DNA of 64,000 nt from an uncultured Gammaproteobacteria bacterium (GCA_964620905.1 CAZUKA010000001.1:90890-154889); one strand, 5' to 3'; counted from the first letter of the stretch, positions 48,617 through 58,953 are shown. Notes: generated by a model not told the origin, from the sequence alone. Program-made: numbers and translations.

Positions 48617-48672
48617 TGTCATCCCGAACTAGTTTCAGGATCTAGAGATTCCGATATAAATTCGGAATGACA
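48617..48672. repeat. REP-like palindromic element
   Basis: TGTCATCCCGAACTAGTTTCAGGATCT-AG-AGATTCCGATATAAATTCGGAATGACA: terminal inverted repeat enclosing two internal palindromes. Confidence 0.65.
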
Positions 48673-48681
48673 AATAACTTT

Positions 48682-49653
48682 ATGAAACTTTTAGTCACAG
48701 GCGGAGCTGGGTTTATTGGCAGTAATTTTATTCATTATTGGTTAGCCATCCACCCTCAAGATAAAATTGTAAATTTGGATAAGCTTACTTATGCCGGGAA
48801 TTTGGATAATTTAGTAAATGTTGTTGATAATCCAAATTATACTTTTATCAAAGGTGATATTGGTGATGGTAAATTATTAGATGAAATACTACCCAATATT
48901 GATTTGGTTGTTCATTTTGCAGCTGAATCACATGTAGACAGGTCTATTACTGGTCCGGCTGTTTTTATTGAAACAAATGTTTTAGGTACTCAGGTACTTT
49001 TGGATGCTTGTTTAAAGCATAAAATTGCCCATTTTCACCATGTATCTACTGATGAGGTATTTGGTGCCTTAGAGCTTGATAGTAAGGCCAAATTTAGCGA
49101 AATAACGCCTTATAACCCCCATTCACCTTATAGCGCCTCAAAAGCTGCTTCTGACCATCTAGTGAGATCATATGGCACTACTTTTGGCCTTAAATATACT
49201 ATTACCAACTGTTCAAACAATTTTGGCCCTTATCAGTATCCAGAAAAGTTTTTGCCAGTGATGATAATTAACTTACTTCAAGACAAAAAAGTCCCAGTAT
49301 ATGGTGATGGTTTATATGTTAGGGATTGGTTGTATGTGGAAGATCACTGTCGGGCAATTGATTTAGTTATCAATTCCGGCAAGACTAGTGAAACATATTG
49401 CATTGGTGGACAAACCGAAGATGTGAATAATATTGATATTACGAAAAAAGTTTTAGCTCTTATGGATAAAGATGAATCATATATTGAATATGTTAAAGAC
49501 CGTCCTGGTCATGATCGTCGGTATGCAGTTGATTGGAGTAAGGCTAAAACTGAACTCGGCTACAAACCTGCTCATGATTTTGATACCTATTTACAAAAAA
49601 CTGTTGAGTGGTATCAACAAAATCAAGAATGGTGGAAGAAACTTATAAAATAA
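48682..49653 (+). CDS. rfbB: dTDP-glucose 4,6-dehydratase
   Basis: TGGAGFIGSNF, HFAAESHVDRS, STDEV, PYSASKA, DRPGHDRRY. Confidence 0.95.
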   Translation: MKLLVTGGAGFIGSNFIHYWLAIHPQDKIVNLDKLTYAGNLDNLVNVVDNPNYTFIKGDIGDGKLLDEILPNIDLVVHFAAESHVDRSITGPAVFIETNVLGTQVLLDACLKHKIAHFHHVSTDEVFGALELDSKAKFSEITPYNPHSPYSASKAASDHLVRSYGTTFGLKYTITNCSNNFGPYQYPEKFLPVMIINLLQDKKVPVYGDGLYVRDWLYVEDHCRAIDLVINSGKTSETYCIGGQTEDVNNIDITKKVLALMDKDESYIEYVKDRPGHDRRYAVDWSKAKTELGYKPAHDFDTYLQKTVEWYQQNQEWWKKLIK

Positions 49654-49720
49654 ATTAATGGATACTTTAAATAAAAAAGTTAAAAAGCAGACTTGTTTAT
49701 AATAATTCATAATAAAAAAT

Positions 49721-50293
49721 ATGAAATATAAGATTTTTTCTTTAATTACTTTAAGTTTATTGTTAAGTGGTTGTAGTTTATTAAATCAATCTCAACAAAC
49801 AAAAGTGAGTTTTGAACAACCAATAAATAATAATTTACCTGTTGACACAGAAACAAAAAATTCAGAGCCTACTTCACCGGTTAATAATACGGAAGCACCT
49901 AAAGTTGAGGTTGCCAACAAAAATACTTTAAATTTAAGTAAGCAAAATTTGAGTAAGATTCCAGACAATGTATTTAAGCAAACAAATTTACAAGAATTAA
50001 ATGTATCCAATAATCAATTGACAGGGGCAATTCAAGGGGAGATAAGATTTTTACAAAATTTAATAATCCTAAATGCCAGTAACAATCAGATGACTGGAGT
50101 ACCAGCTGAAGTTGGTCAACTTAAAAATTTATAAGTTCTTAATTTATCAAACAACCAACTAACAGGACTTCCTTATGAGTTGGGTAATTTGCAAAACCTT
50201 AAAACTTTAAATATTTCTGGAAATAATTATTCAGAATTGGATCTAAGTATAATTGTCGAGAAATTACCTGCCAGTGTAAAAATAATAAAATAA
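49721..50293 (+). pseudogene. Leucine-rich-repeat lipoprotein interrupted by an in-frame TAA (50132-50134)
   Basis: Lipobox LLSGC; LRR units continue in the same frame after the stop (VLNLSNNQLTGLPYELGNLQNLKTLNISGN) to TAA 50291-50293. Confidence 0.8.
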
Positions 50294-50321
50294 ATTATTT
50301 AACTAGTTAGATAATTTATAG

Positions 50322-50795
50322 ATGAAAGAAAAAAATCACAATATATTAGTTGATGGAATAGAACGTAACACTCACGTGCCAGCAGTATATGCGTTATTTA
50401 TACGTGACAATAAAATATTTTTAACCAGGCGTTTCAATACTGGATATAAAGATGGAAAATACATGGTGCCTTCTGGCCACGTAGAGGCAGGTGAGACATA
50501 TACCCAGGCACTTTTACGCGAGGTTAAGGAGGAAGCCGGAATAGAGTTGAAAGACCATTCGTTTAGCTTTGTTCATATTATGAACCGGTTATCAGGTACG
50601 AAATATCAACGAGTAGATGTATTTTTTAAAATAACAAATTGGGATAATGAGCCTTTCAATAATGAACCTGAAAAGTGTGATGAAGTTGGCTGGTATAATC
50701 TGAACAATTTGCCAAATAACACAGTTGAGTATTTGGCTTATGCGTTAGATCAAATTAAAAATAATATATCATACAGCGAATACGGGTGGGAATAA
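50322..50795 (+). CDS. NUDIX hydrolase
   Basis: GHVEAGETYTQALLREVKEEAG Nudix box; NNEPEKC. Confidence 0.9.
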   Translation: MKEKNHNILVDGIERNTHVPAVYALFIRDNKIFLTRRFNTGYKDGKYMVPSGHVEAGETYTQALLREVKEEAGIELKDHSFSFVHIMNRLSGTKYQRVDVFFKITNWDNEPFNNEPEKCDEVGWYNLNNLPNNTVEYLAYALDQIKNNISYSEYGWE

Positions 50796-50811
50796 ATTAT
50801 TAAATTATATA

Positions 50812-51660
50812 ATGAAAAAAATATTGATTTTGGGTGCACAAGGAATGCTCGGCCATGATCTGGCTGAAGCTTTCAAAGACTATCATCCGATTTTGTGGGA
50901 CCGGGATGAATTGGATATAACAAATCAAGCAAAGGTGTCAGAAAAATTTAAAGAAGTCTTACCTGAAATAGTTATCAATGCAGCTGCTTATACTAATGTT
51001 GATGGAGCGGAAAAAGAAATAGAATTAGCTTATGCTATCAATGCTGATGCGGTTGGTTATGTTGCTTTGGCAGCTAAAGAAATTGGTAGTAAAGTTGTGC
51101 AGCTTAGTACGGAATATGTTTTCAATGGAGAAAATATGTCTGGTTATAATGAAGAGGCAACAACCAATCCAATCAATGTTTATGGCCAATCAAAAGCTAA
51201 GGGTGAAAAAATTTTGATTGATTCGGGAGTTGATTATTTTTTAGTTAGAACATCTTGGTTGTATGGACAGGCGCCGCAAAAAGGTAAACCCAGGGGTAAA
51301 AATTTTATTGATACAATTTTAGAAAAGGCAAGATTGGGAGAAAAATTTCAAGTGGTAGATGATCAGTGGGGCAGACCAACTTATACTAAAGATTTAGCCC
51401 AGGGAATAAAAAAACTAGTAGCTAATAACTACCAAAAAGGTATTTATCATTTGGTGAACGAGGGACAGATTAGTTGGTATGGGTTAGCTTGTGAAGCGTT
51501 GCGGCAGATGAATATAAATGCTAAAATTAATCCGTGTCAGAGCATTGATTTTCCCAGTGTTGCTAAACGACCACGCTATTCACTGCTCAACAATAATAAA
51601 TTTCCCAAATTTAGAAATTGGTCACAAGCACTGGCAGAATATATTCAAACTAAATTTTAA
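50812..51660 (+). CDS. rfbD: dTDP-4-dehydrorhamnose reductase
   Basis: GAQGMLG, NAAAYTNVD, YGQSK, DQWGRPT, RPRYS. Confidence 0.93.
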   Translation: MKKILILGAQGMLGHDLAEAFKDYHPILWDRDELDITNQAKVSEKFKEVLPEIVINAAAYTNVDGAEKEIELAYAINADAVGYVALAAKEIGSKVVQLSTEYVFNGENMSGYNEEATTNPINVYGQSKAKGEKILIDSGVDYFLVRTSWLYGQAPQKGKPRGKNFIDTILEKARLGEKFQVVDDQWGRPTYTKDLAQGIKKLVANNYQKGIYHLVNEGQISWYGLACEALRQMNINAKINPCQSIDFPSVAKRPRYSLLNNNKFPKFRNWSQALAEYIQTKF

Positions 51661-51685
51661 TTTCTTTTATACTTAATACAATTTT

Positions 51686-52135
51686 ATGGGCCATGACTTT
51701 TTAATATCAGTCAATGCCATTATTGAAAAAGACGGAGAAATTTTATTGGTTAAACGATCTGACCGTGATATGTGGAGACTTCCGGGTGCGGAGATGAGTT
51801 TAGGTGAAACCATAGATGAGTCAATTATCAAGGCAATTCATCAAAAATTAGGACTGACAATTAGCATTGATAGAGTGATTGGTCTTTATTCAAAACCAAT
51901 ACAGAATGAACTGGTGGTTTTATTTTCTGTCAGATTGATGAATAAAAAACAGACTCCTAAACCAAGCAGCAATTATGTGGCAGCTGATTATTTTTCAACA
52001 GATAAATTGCCAGAGAATTTTCCTGACAAAAATTGGGAACGGGTAAAAGACTATTTGGAAAAATCAAATGAAGTATTTATTAAGACCCAGATGTCACCGC
52101 CCTCCAGTTTAAAATACCCACCACTTCATAAATAG
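51686..52135 (+). CDS. NUDIX-fold protein with degenerate Nudix box
   Basis: ILLVKR, WRLPG...GET; the REUxEE part is replaced by KAIHQK. Confidence 0.7.
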   Translation: MGHDFLISVNAIIEKDGEILLVKRSDRDMWRLPGAEMSLGETIDESIIKAIHQKLGLTISIDRVIGLYSKPIQNELVVLFSVRLMNKKQTPKPSSNYVAADYFSTDKLPENFPDKNWERVKDYLEKSNEVFIKTQMSPPSSLKYPPLHK

Positions 52136-52142
52136 ATAAACC

Positions 52143-52871
52143 ATGAAAGGAATTATTTTAGCGGGCGGCAAAGCTACTAGATTGCGGCCGTTGACATTGG
52201 TGACAAGCAAACAATTATTACCGGTATACAATCGGCCTATGATTTTTTATCCCTTGTTTACTTTATTGACCGCAGGGATTAAAGAAATACTCATTATCAT
52301 TGCTCCAGATTATGCTGGACATTTTTTGCATCTACTTGGTACTGGCAGACAGTTTGGCGCTAAGTTTACTTATGAAATTCAGGAAAGCCCCAGGGGACTA
52401 GCTGATGCTTTTATTATTGGTGAGGATTTTATTGACAATGGCGATGTAGCTATGATTTTGGGTGATAATATTTTTGGTGATGATCTAAGTCAAGATATTA
52501 AATCATTTGCTGGTGGAGGTCGTGTTTTTGCTAAACAAGTTCCCGATCCGGAAAGATATGGTGTTGTTTCTTTCAATAAACAAGGACACGCTTTGTCTAT
52601 TGAAGAAAAACCAAAACAACCCCAAAGCAATTATTGTGTAACAGGTCTTTATGTTTATGATCAACAGGTAGTTGAAATAGCTAAAAATTTACAACCTTCA
52701 AATCGTGGTGAAATAGAGATTACTGATATCAATAATGTTTATTTAAAAAAACAAGAATTAGATGTGCGGATAATCAAGGGCGATTGGTTTGATACAGGTA
52801 CATTTGATTCTTTGCTTATGGCCTCAAATTGGGCGGCAAAAAACCAGCATCGGTGGGCAGAATTTCCCTAG
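52143..52871 (+). CDS. rfbA: Glucose-1-phosphate thymidylyltransferase (short SpsI/RmlA form)
   Basis: GIILAGGKATRL.P.T, SKQLLPVY, GLADAF, LGDN, EEKP, RGEIEITD, WFDTGT. Confidence 0.9.
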   Translation: MKGIILAGGKATRLRPLTLVTSKQLLPVYNRPMIFYPLFTLLTAGIKEILIIIAPDYAGHFLHLLGTGRQFGAKFTYEIQESPRGLADAFIIGEDFIDNGDVAMILGDNIFGDDLSQDIKSFAGGGRVFAKQVPDPERYGVVSFNKQGHALSIEEKPKQPQSNYCVTGLYVYDQQVVEIAKNLQPSNRGEIEITDINNVYLKKQELDVRIIKGDWFDTGTFDSLLMASNWAAKNQHRWAEFP

Positions 52872-54204
52872 TGAACAAATCTTGTGAGTCATTGTCATTG
52901 CTTTGACTATAAAAAATCTGAGTACCGGTTTTATTGAACCGGGCTTTTTGAATCTTATTATTATTTAGCAATTGGGCACGATTTCTTTTGTCACGATTAT
53001 CAAGTTCTATCATTTCCAAACCATTTTGATTTGCAATTAATAAATGGTTATTGGAATTATACCATAATACTTCTTTGATAGGAGTTGATTCGCGAGTAAT
53101 CAAAGAAATATTGTCACCTTGTTTGTGCCATATTTCCCAATTATCATAAAAAATCAAGGTTTGTTGGGGTGAAAAAAAAGCTTTTTTCACATCGTTAAAA
53201 ATACGAGAATAATTGTTGAAACCATCTTCGTCTTTATTTAAACTCAGGGTATAAAGTTTTAAATTTTTTTGATCTAAAATTACTGCTTGTCGATCAAGCA
53301 CACGAATAAATCGGTAACCATCTGAGAAGGGTAGTAGATAATTTGGCCAAACTTGATTGTCAAGGCCAGTTTGCTTGGTGCGTAGGTAAATGTTGTTGTC
53401 AGATAATTTATTTTCTAAATAATAGATAAGATTATTTTCCGTAAAAAAATCAATTAGCAAAGAATTGGTGCTACTGACAACAGTTTCTAGGCGAGTAAGG
53501 GTAAAAGGATCAAAAAAATATATTTGGTTTGCTTGGGCACAAATCACTGAATTGTTTAGTTCTCCCCATAAACGACAGTTTAATATTTGATTGTTTGTGT
53601 TTTTTGGCCAACTGGACAATTTATTTGGATCAGATAAGCGCCAAAAATAGTAAGACTCAGCTGTTACTAACAGTAAAGCTTGATTATTTTCTGACCAAGT
53701 GTAATCTATGATTGAATTTGCTAAATCTCCAATCAATTGTTGTTGGTTATTTTGATAATTTAAAAGCCACAATTTTCCGGCTTTTTGAAAAATTATAATT
53801 TGTTGCTGGTCATGACTAGTCCAAAAATTTATATTGGAGAGCAAAATTGAGCTGGTAGCATTTTCTTGGAAAAGGTAAACATGTTCGGCAAAGGTTGTTT
53901 CACCGGAGTTAACAGAAAGATTTTTTTCCCAAGTTGAAAAACCCTCACGGTAAATTTTAACTCGATAAGTATTGGCAAGTAAATTGTTGAAACGCCAAGG
54001 AGTATTTTTTTCATAAAGATCATCATTAAGACTGATCAACACTTTTTTAGGTGTGGTCTTAATAACTAAATTGCCAATTTTTTCCACTCGATTTTTATAA
54101 TGATTCCAACGATATCCGGTTGTATAAAGTACTACTAGTGGAGCAGTAATAAGAAAAAGCAAAACAAATATAAGATATATAAGTCGCCTAGTTTTTAGTT
54201 GCAT
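52816..54204 (-). CDS. PEGA-domain membrane-anchored protein with probable beta-propeller C-terminus
   Basis: TM then GYR...GNLVIKTTP...TP...YRVKIYREGFSTWEK. Confidence 0.72.
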   Translation of the reverse strand: MQLKTRRLIYLIFVLLFLITAPLVVLYTTGYRWNHYKNRVEKIGNLVIKTTPKKVLISLNDDLYEKNTPWRFNNLLANTYRVKIYREGFSTWEKNLSVNSGETTFAEHVYLFQENATSSILLSNINFWTSHDQQQIIIFQKAGKLWLLNYQNNQQQLIGDLANSIIDYTWSENNQALLLVTAESYYFWRLSDPNKLSSWPKNTNNQILNCRLWGELNNSVICAQANQIYFFDPFTLTRLETVVSSTNSLLIDFFTENNLIYYLENKLSDNNIYLRTKQTGLDNQVWPNYLLPFSDGYRFIRVLDRQAVILDQKNLKLYTLSLNKDEDGFNNYSRIFNDVKKAFFSPQQTLIFYDNWEIWHKQGDNISLITRESTPIKEVLWYNSNNHLLIANQNGLEMIELDNRDKRNRAQLLNNNKIQKARFNKTGTQIFYSQSNDNDSQDLFTREILPTDAGFLPPNLRP

Positions 54205-54303
54205 AATATAAGGATTATAGTCTGTTATATATTATACCATTTTATATTTCTTGAATAAAATTAATTTATCAATTACAATAAATAATGTAATTTTAGTTTT
54301 TAA

Positions 54304-55563
54304 ATGTCCAAATACATTATCGAAGGTCAAAACAAGCTAGCCGGCGAAGTGTCTATATCTGGGGCAAAAAATATGGCGACCAAAGTCTTGGTGGCTTCTT
54401 TACTATCCGAACAAGTTATGAAAGTGGGAAATGTGCCTGAAATTGAGGATGTAAAAAGATTATTAGAGATTTTAGCTTCACTGGGTGTTGAGGTAAAAGA
54501 TTTAGGCAAGGGTTCTTATCAACTAAATCCTGGGAAAGTCGACCCTAAGAATTTAAACATTGATTTAGTAAGTAAATTTAGGGCATCAATTTTATTACTC
54601 GGGCCACTTTTAACTCAGTTTAATGAAATTAAATTTCCTCATCCAGGAGGTTGCACTATTGGCAAAAGACCAATTGATATGTTTTTAAATGGTTTTGAAA
54701 AAATGGGGGTAGATGTAAAAATGGATGAAAAATTTTATACTTTTCGCTCGCACGGTTTACAGGGTGCAGATATTGTATTCCCTCAAATTAGTGTTACTGG
54801 TACGGAAACTTTGTTATTAGCAGCAGTAAGAGCTAAGGGCAAAACTAGATTGTTAAATGTTGCTCAAGAACCGGAAGTTGTTTCCTTGGGTGAATATCTC
54901 ATTCAACAAGGAGCTAAAATATCCGGTTTAGGTAGTAGTTTATTAGAGATTGAGGGTGTTTCAACGATAGGTAATGGAGCTGTGGAAATAATTCCTGATC
55001 GCATTGAGACTGGATCATTTTTAGCCTTAGCTTGTGCTAGTAATAGTCATTTGAAAATTATTGATTGTCAACCCGAAGATTTACGTATCCCCATAGCTTT
55101 ATTGGAACAAATGGGTGCCAATATTAAAGTTGGTGCTAATTATTTAGAAGTATTGCCAGGAGAAAATTTACACTCAGTGAATATAAAAACCCACGAATAT
55201 CCGGGGATGCCCACTGATTTACAAGCCCCCTTTACAGTTTTAATGACCCAAAGTCATGGTCAATCCTTGATTCATGAAACTATTTTTGAAGGGCGATTAT
55301 TTTATACTGATTTTTTGAATCGGATGGGTGCCAATATCATTATGTGTGATCCACAACGAGTTATAGTTAGTGGTCCAACAGAGTTGCGAGGTAAAAAACT
55401 TGAATCACCTGATTTGCGGGCCGGTATTGCTATGGTAATAGCAGGTTTGATTGCTCGGGGAGTAACAGAAATTGAAAATATTTATCAAATTGAAAGGGGA
55501 TATGAAGGATTAATTGATAAGCTGCTAAAAATCGGCGCTAAAATTCAAAAATTTGAAGATTAA
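54304..55563 (+). CDS. murA: UDP-N-acetylglucosamine 1-carboxyvinyltransferase
   Basis: SGAKN, RAS, PGGCTIGKRP, PDRIE, YPGMPTDLQ, DLRAG, RGYE. Confidence 0.96.
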   Translation: MSKYIIEGQNKLAGEVSISGAKNMATKVLVASLLSEQVMKVGNVPEIEDVKRLLEILASLGVEVKDLGKGSYQLNPGKVDPKNLNIDLVSKFRASILLLGPLLTQFNEIKFPHPGGCTIGKRPIDMFLNGFEKMGVDVKMDEKFYTFRSHGLQGADIVFPQISVTGTETLLLAAVRAKGKTRLLNVAQEPEVVSLGEYLIQQGAKISGLGSSLLEIEGVSTIGNGAVEIIPDRIETGSFLALACASNSHLKIIDCQPEDLRIPIALLEQMGANIKVGANYLEVLPGENLHSVNIKTHEYPGMPTDLQAPFTVLMTQSHGQSLIHETIFEGRLFYTDFLNRMGANIIMCDPQRVIVSGPTELRGKKLESPDLRAGIAMVIAGLIARGVTEIENIYQIERGYEGLIDKLLKIGAKIQKFED

Positions 55564-55591
55564 ATAAAGTTTAATTTTTATTACAAGATAT

Positions 55592-56824
55592 ATGGGTTTA
55601 TTTAAAAAATTAATTCTAGCCATTTTTATTGGTTTTTTTATTTTGGGTTTATTTTTTTCAGGTATATTTATTGGTGTACAAAATCGCAATTTTATAGTAG
55701 GTGCTCTGGTTAAAACCGGAACAGGTAAGGTATTTAATAAAAATTTTTTACCAGATTATCTGAGCCAAGATGTTGACTTTAATCTTTATTGGCAGGTTTG
55801 GGAAACTATAAAAAATAGGTATTATGATCGGGAAGAAATAAAAGAAACAGAAATGCTTTACGGTTCATTAGCAGGATTAGTAGGTTCTTTGAATGATCCT
55901 TATTCAATTTTTCTTAATCCCCAAGTCAATCAAGAGTTTGTTCAAGAATTAAGTGGTAAATTTGAAGGCATAGGAGCTGAAATTGGTATACGCAAAGATC
56001 AATTAACCGTAATTGCGCCTTTACCAGATACCCCAGCGGCCAGAGCTGGTTTAAAAAGTGGTGACAAAATTTTAGCCATTGATGGTGTTGATACCCAAGG
56101 TATGGCTTTGGATAAAGCGGTTAGTTTGATTAGAGGTGAAAAGGGAAGTAAAGTGAAATTACTTATTGGTTTTTTGCAAAATGGTGAAGCAAAGGAGTTG
56201 GAAATAGTACGTGATACTATCAAAATAGTTAGTGTTGTTTGGGAACAAAAAACTAATAAAGTCGCATATATAAAGCTATCATATTTTAATGAAGATACGA
56301 CTGATAATTTTCGTCAGGTCATAAATGAAGTGTTAGCTGCTAATCCCGAAGTAATAATATTGGATTTACGCAACAACCCCGGCGGTTTTTTAGATGTAGC
56401 TGTAAAAATCGCAAGCTATTGGGTTGAAAACGAACCTGTAGTTTTGGAAAAGACTTATGACCAAACTGTGAAACCATTTCCAGCAGTTGGTAAACCGATT
56501 TTGAAAAACAAAAAGACCTATGTTTTATTAAATGAAGGATCAGCTTCTGCCTCTGAAATTGTCGCCGGCGCTTTGCAAGATTATGGTTTGGCAACAATAA
56601 TTGGTGAACAATCTTTTGGTAAGGGTAGTGTACAAGATCTAATTGAATTTACTGATGGTTCCTCAGTAAAATTGACCGTAGCTAAATGGTTGACTCCTAA
56701 AGGTAAAGAGATTGATGAAGTGGGAATTACTCCCGATTTAGTGGTAGAAATGACCAATGAAGATTATGATGAAAATAAAGACCCACAAATTGATAAAGTG
56801 ATGGAAATTATTTCTCAAAATTAA
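55592..56824 (+). CDS. S41 carboxyl-terminal processing protease (CtpA-like)
   Basis: DPYS, PDZ GIGAEI, LDLRNNPGG, SASASEI, FGKGSVQ. Confidence 0.93.
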   Translation: MGLFKKLILAIFIGFFILGLFFSGIFIGVQNRNFIVGALVKTGTGKVFNKNFLPDYLSQDVDFNLYWQVWETIKNRYYDREEIKETEMLYGSLAGLVGSLNDPYSIFLNPQVNQEFVQELSGKFEGIGAEIGIRKDQLTVIAPLPDTPAARAGLKSGDKILAIDGVDTQGMALDKAVSLIRGEKGSKVKLLIGFLQNGEAKELEIVRDTIKIVSVVWEQKTNKVAYIKLSYFNEDTTDNFRQVINEVLAANPEVIILDLRNNPGGFLDVAVKIASYWVENEPVVLEKTYDQTVKPFPAVGKPILKNKKTYVLLNEGSASASEIVAGALQDYGLATIIGEQSFGKGSVQDLIEFTDGSSVKLTVAKWLTPKGKEIDEVGITPDLVVEMTNEDYDENKDPQIDKVMEIISQN

Positions 56825-56833
56825 TTTATTAAC

Positions 56834-57274
56834 ATGAAAGTAATTTTTATTAAACAAGTTTCCAATGTTGGTCGGGTCGGGGAAATGAAAGAAGTAAGCG
56901 ATGGTTATGCCAGAAATTATTTGATACCTCAAGGATTTGCTAAAATCGCCGATGAGAAAAATTTAAAAGATTGGCAGTTGAATATGCTTAAGCAGCAGCA
57001 AGTAAAAAATAAACAATCTGATCGTTGGTTAAGTTATGTTCGCAAACTGTCTAAACTTAATTTAACAATACATCGTAAAGCCAATGATCAAAATCATCTT
57101 TTTGCTCAAGTAAAAAGTGAAGATATTATTCAAGAATTGAGTAGAATCAACTTATATTTACCGGAAGTAAAAATAGTTGCTCAATCTTTTAAAACCCTTG
57201 GCGAACATCAGGTAGAGATAGCTTTTCCAGGGCAGAAAAACATTTATTTTAAATTAACAATTTTACCCGAATAA
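56834..57274 (+). CDS. rplI: 50S ribosomal protein L9
   Basis: MKVIF..V..VG..GE..EVSDGYARNYLIP. Confidence 0.92.
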   Translation: MKVIFIKQVSNVGRVGEMKEVSDGYARNYLIPQGFAKIADEKNLKDWQLNMLKQQQVKNKQSDRWLSYVRKLSKLNLTIHRKANDQNHLFAQVKSEDIIQELSRINLYLPEVKIVAQSFKTLGEHQVEIAFPGQKNIYFKLTILPE

Positions 57275-57275
57275 A

Positions 57276-58928
57276 ATGAGAAATACCAAGACAAAATTTA
57301 TTTTTGTTATGGGTGGTGTATTATCTGGTTTAGGTAAAGGTATTGCCACCTCATCAATAGCTAAATTGTTACAAAGTAGGGGGTTTAAAGTGACAGCAAT
57401 GAAAATTGATCCCTATATCAATGTAGATGCTGGTACTATGAATCCTACTGAGCACGGTGAGGTTTTTGTTACCAAAGACGGGTTGGAAACTGATCAAGAT
57501 ATTGGAAATTATGAGCGATTTTTAGATTTAGAGTTAGATGCAGACAATTATATGACGCAAGGTTCGGTTTGGCAAACAGTGATAAATAAAGAACGTAATT
57601 TAGAGTATGGAGGAAAATGTGTTGAACCGGTGCCTCATATACCTGATGAAGTTATCCGACGAATAAAAAAATTAGCCAATAAAAGTAAAGCTGATTTTGT
57701 GATGATTGAAATTGGCGGTACAGTTGGGGAATACCAAAATTTTATTTTTTTAGAGGCGGCTCGCATGATGAAATTAAAAATGCCCAATAAAGTTATGTTT
57801 ATCATGGTATCTTATTTACCCATACCATCAAAAATTGGTGAAATGAAAACTAAGCCCACTCAGACAGCAGTTAAAACATTGAATTCTGCTGGAATTCAAC
57901 CGGATTTTATTTTAGCTCGTAGTGAACGCCCGCTTGACAATAAGCGCAAAGAAAAAATTTCTATTTTTTGTAATGTAGCTGTCGAGGATGTTATTTCTTC
58001 TCCTGATGTTGATAGTATTTATCAAGTACCAATAGTTTATCAACAGCAAAACTTGGATAAGAGGATATTGTATAAGTTTGGTGGTCAGACTAGTCAGCGA
58101 GATTTGCGAGAGTGGAAAAAAAAGTTATTAGAAATACCTAGAAAATCTAAGAAAAAAGTAAATATTGCCCTAGTGGGGAAATATTTTTCTACTGGTTCGT
58201 TTACATTGTCCGATTCATATATTTCAGTTATCGAATCATTGAAATTTGCTGCCTGGTATAACCGGGTAGGAGTGGAATTTGTTTGGCTGGATAGTGAAAA
58301 TTTTGAGAAGAAGAAAGTTGATTTATTGGTTTTAAAAAAATTTGATGGTGTTGTAGTACCTGGCGGTTTTGGCAGTCGGGGGGTAGAAGGGATTGTAAAA
58401 GCAATTGAATATGTAAGAAAAAATAATATTCCTTATTTTGGTTTATGTTATGGTATGCAGTTAGCTTGTATAGAATTTGCTCGCAATGTTTTGAAGTTGA
58501 AAGATGCCAACACTACTGAAATTGACCCGCAAACCAAAGAGCCAATAATAGATTTAATGATTGAACAAAAACAGAATTTAAAAGATTTTCGTTATGGTGG
58601 TTCAATGCGTTTGGGTAATTTTCAATGTCATCTCATTCCGACAACAAAAGTCGCACAATTTTATAACCAAACTTCTACTGTCGAAAGACATCGTCATCGC
58701 TATGAATTCAATAATAAATATCGAAATAAACTTGAACGCAAAGGTCTTATTATTTCCGGAATTAATAAGCAACGAGATTTAGTAGAAATAGTTGAACTAA
58801 AACAGCACCCCTTTTTTGTGGGGACACAATTCCATCCTGAATTTAAGTCTCGACCCCTAAGACCCCATCCTTTGTTTGCTGCCTTTGTAAAAGTTGCCAT
58901 CAAAGAAAAAAACAAAAAATCATCTTAA
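57276..58928 (+). CDS. pyrG: CTP synthase
   Basis: GGVLSGLGKG, DPYINVDAGTM, PGGFG, CYGMQ, ERHRHRYE, QFHPE. Confidence 0.97.
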   Translation: MRNTKTKFIFVMGGVLSGLGKGIATSSIAKLLQSRGFKVTAMKIDPYINVDAGTMNPTEHGEVFVTKDGLETDQDIGNYERFLDLELDADNYMTQGSVWQTVINKERNLEYGGKCVEPVPHIPDEVIRRIKKLANKSKADFVMIEIGGTVGEYQNFIFLEAARMMKLKMPNKVMFIMVSYLPIPSKIGEMKTKPTQTAVKTLNSAGIQPDFILARSERPLDNKRKEKISIFCNVAVEDVISSPDVDSIYQVPIVYQQQNLDKRILYKFGGQTSQRDLREWKKKLLEIPRKSKKKVNIALVGKYFSTGSFTLSDSYISVIESLKFAAWYNRVGVEFVWLDSENFEKKKVDLLVLKKFDGVVVPGGFGSRGVEGIVKAIEYVRKNNIPYFGLCYGMQLACIEFARNVLKLKDANTTEIDPQTKEPIIDLMIEQKQNLKDFRYGGSMRLGNFQCHLIPTTKVAQFYNQTSTVERHRHRYEFNNKYRNKLERKGLIISGINKQRDLVEIVELKQHPFFVGTQFHPEFKSRPLRPHPLFAAFVKVAIKEKNKKSS

Positions 58929-58948
58929 AATTAAGATGATTTTTTGTT
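58911..58948. terminator. Bidirectional terminator between convergent pyrG and rpmA
   Basis: AACAAAAAATCATCTTAA-AA-TTAAGATGATTTTTTGTT. Confidence 0.75.
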
Positions 58949-58953
58949 AAGAC

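Noticed and set aside
50132-50134. Stop-codon reassignment or alternative genetic code
   Set aside because: TAA, TAG and TGA all terminate conserved genes in this window; one internal TAA is better explained by mutation or error.
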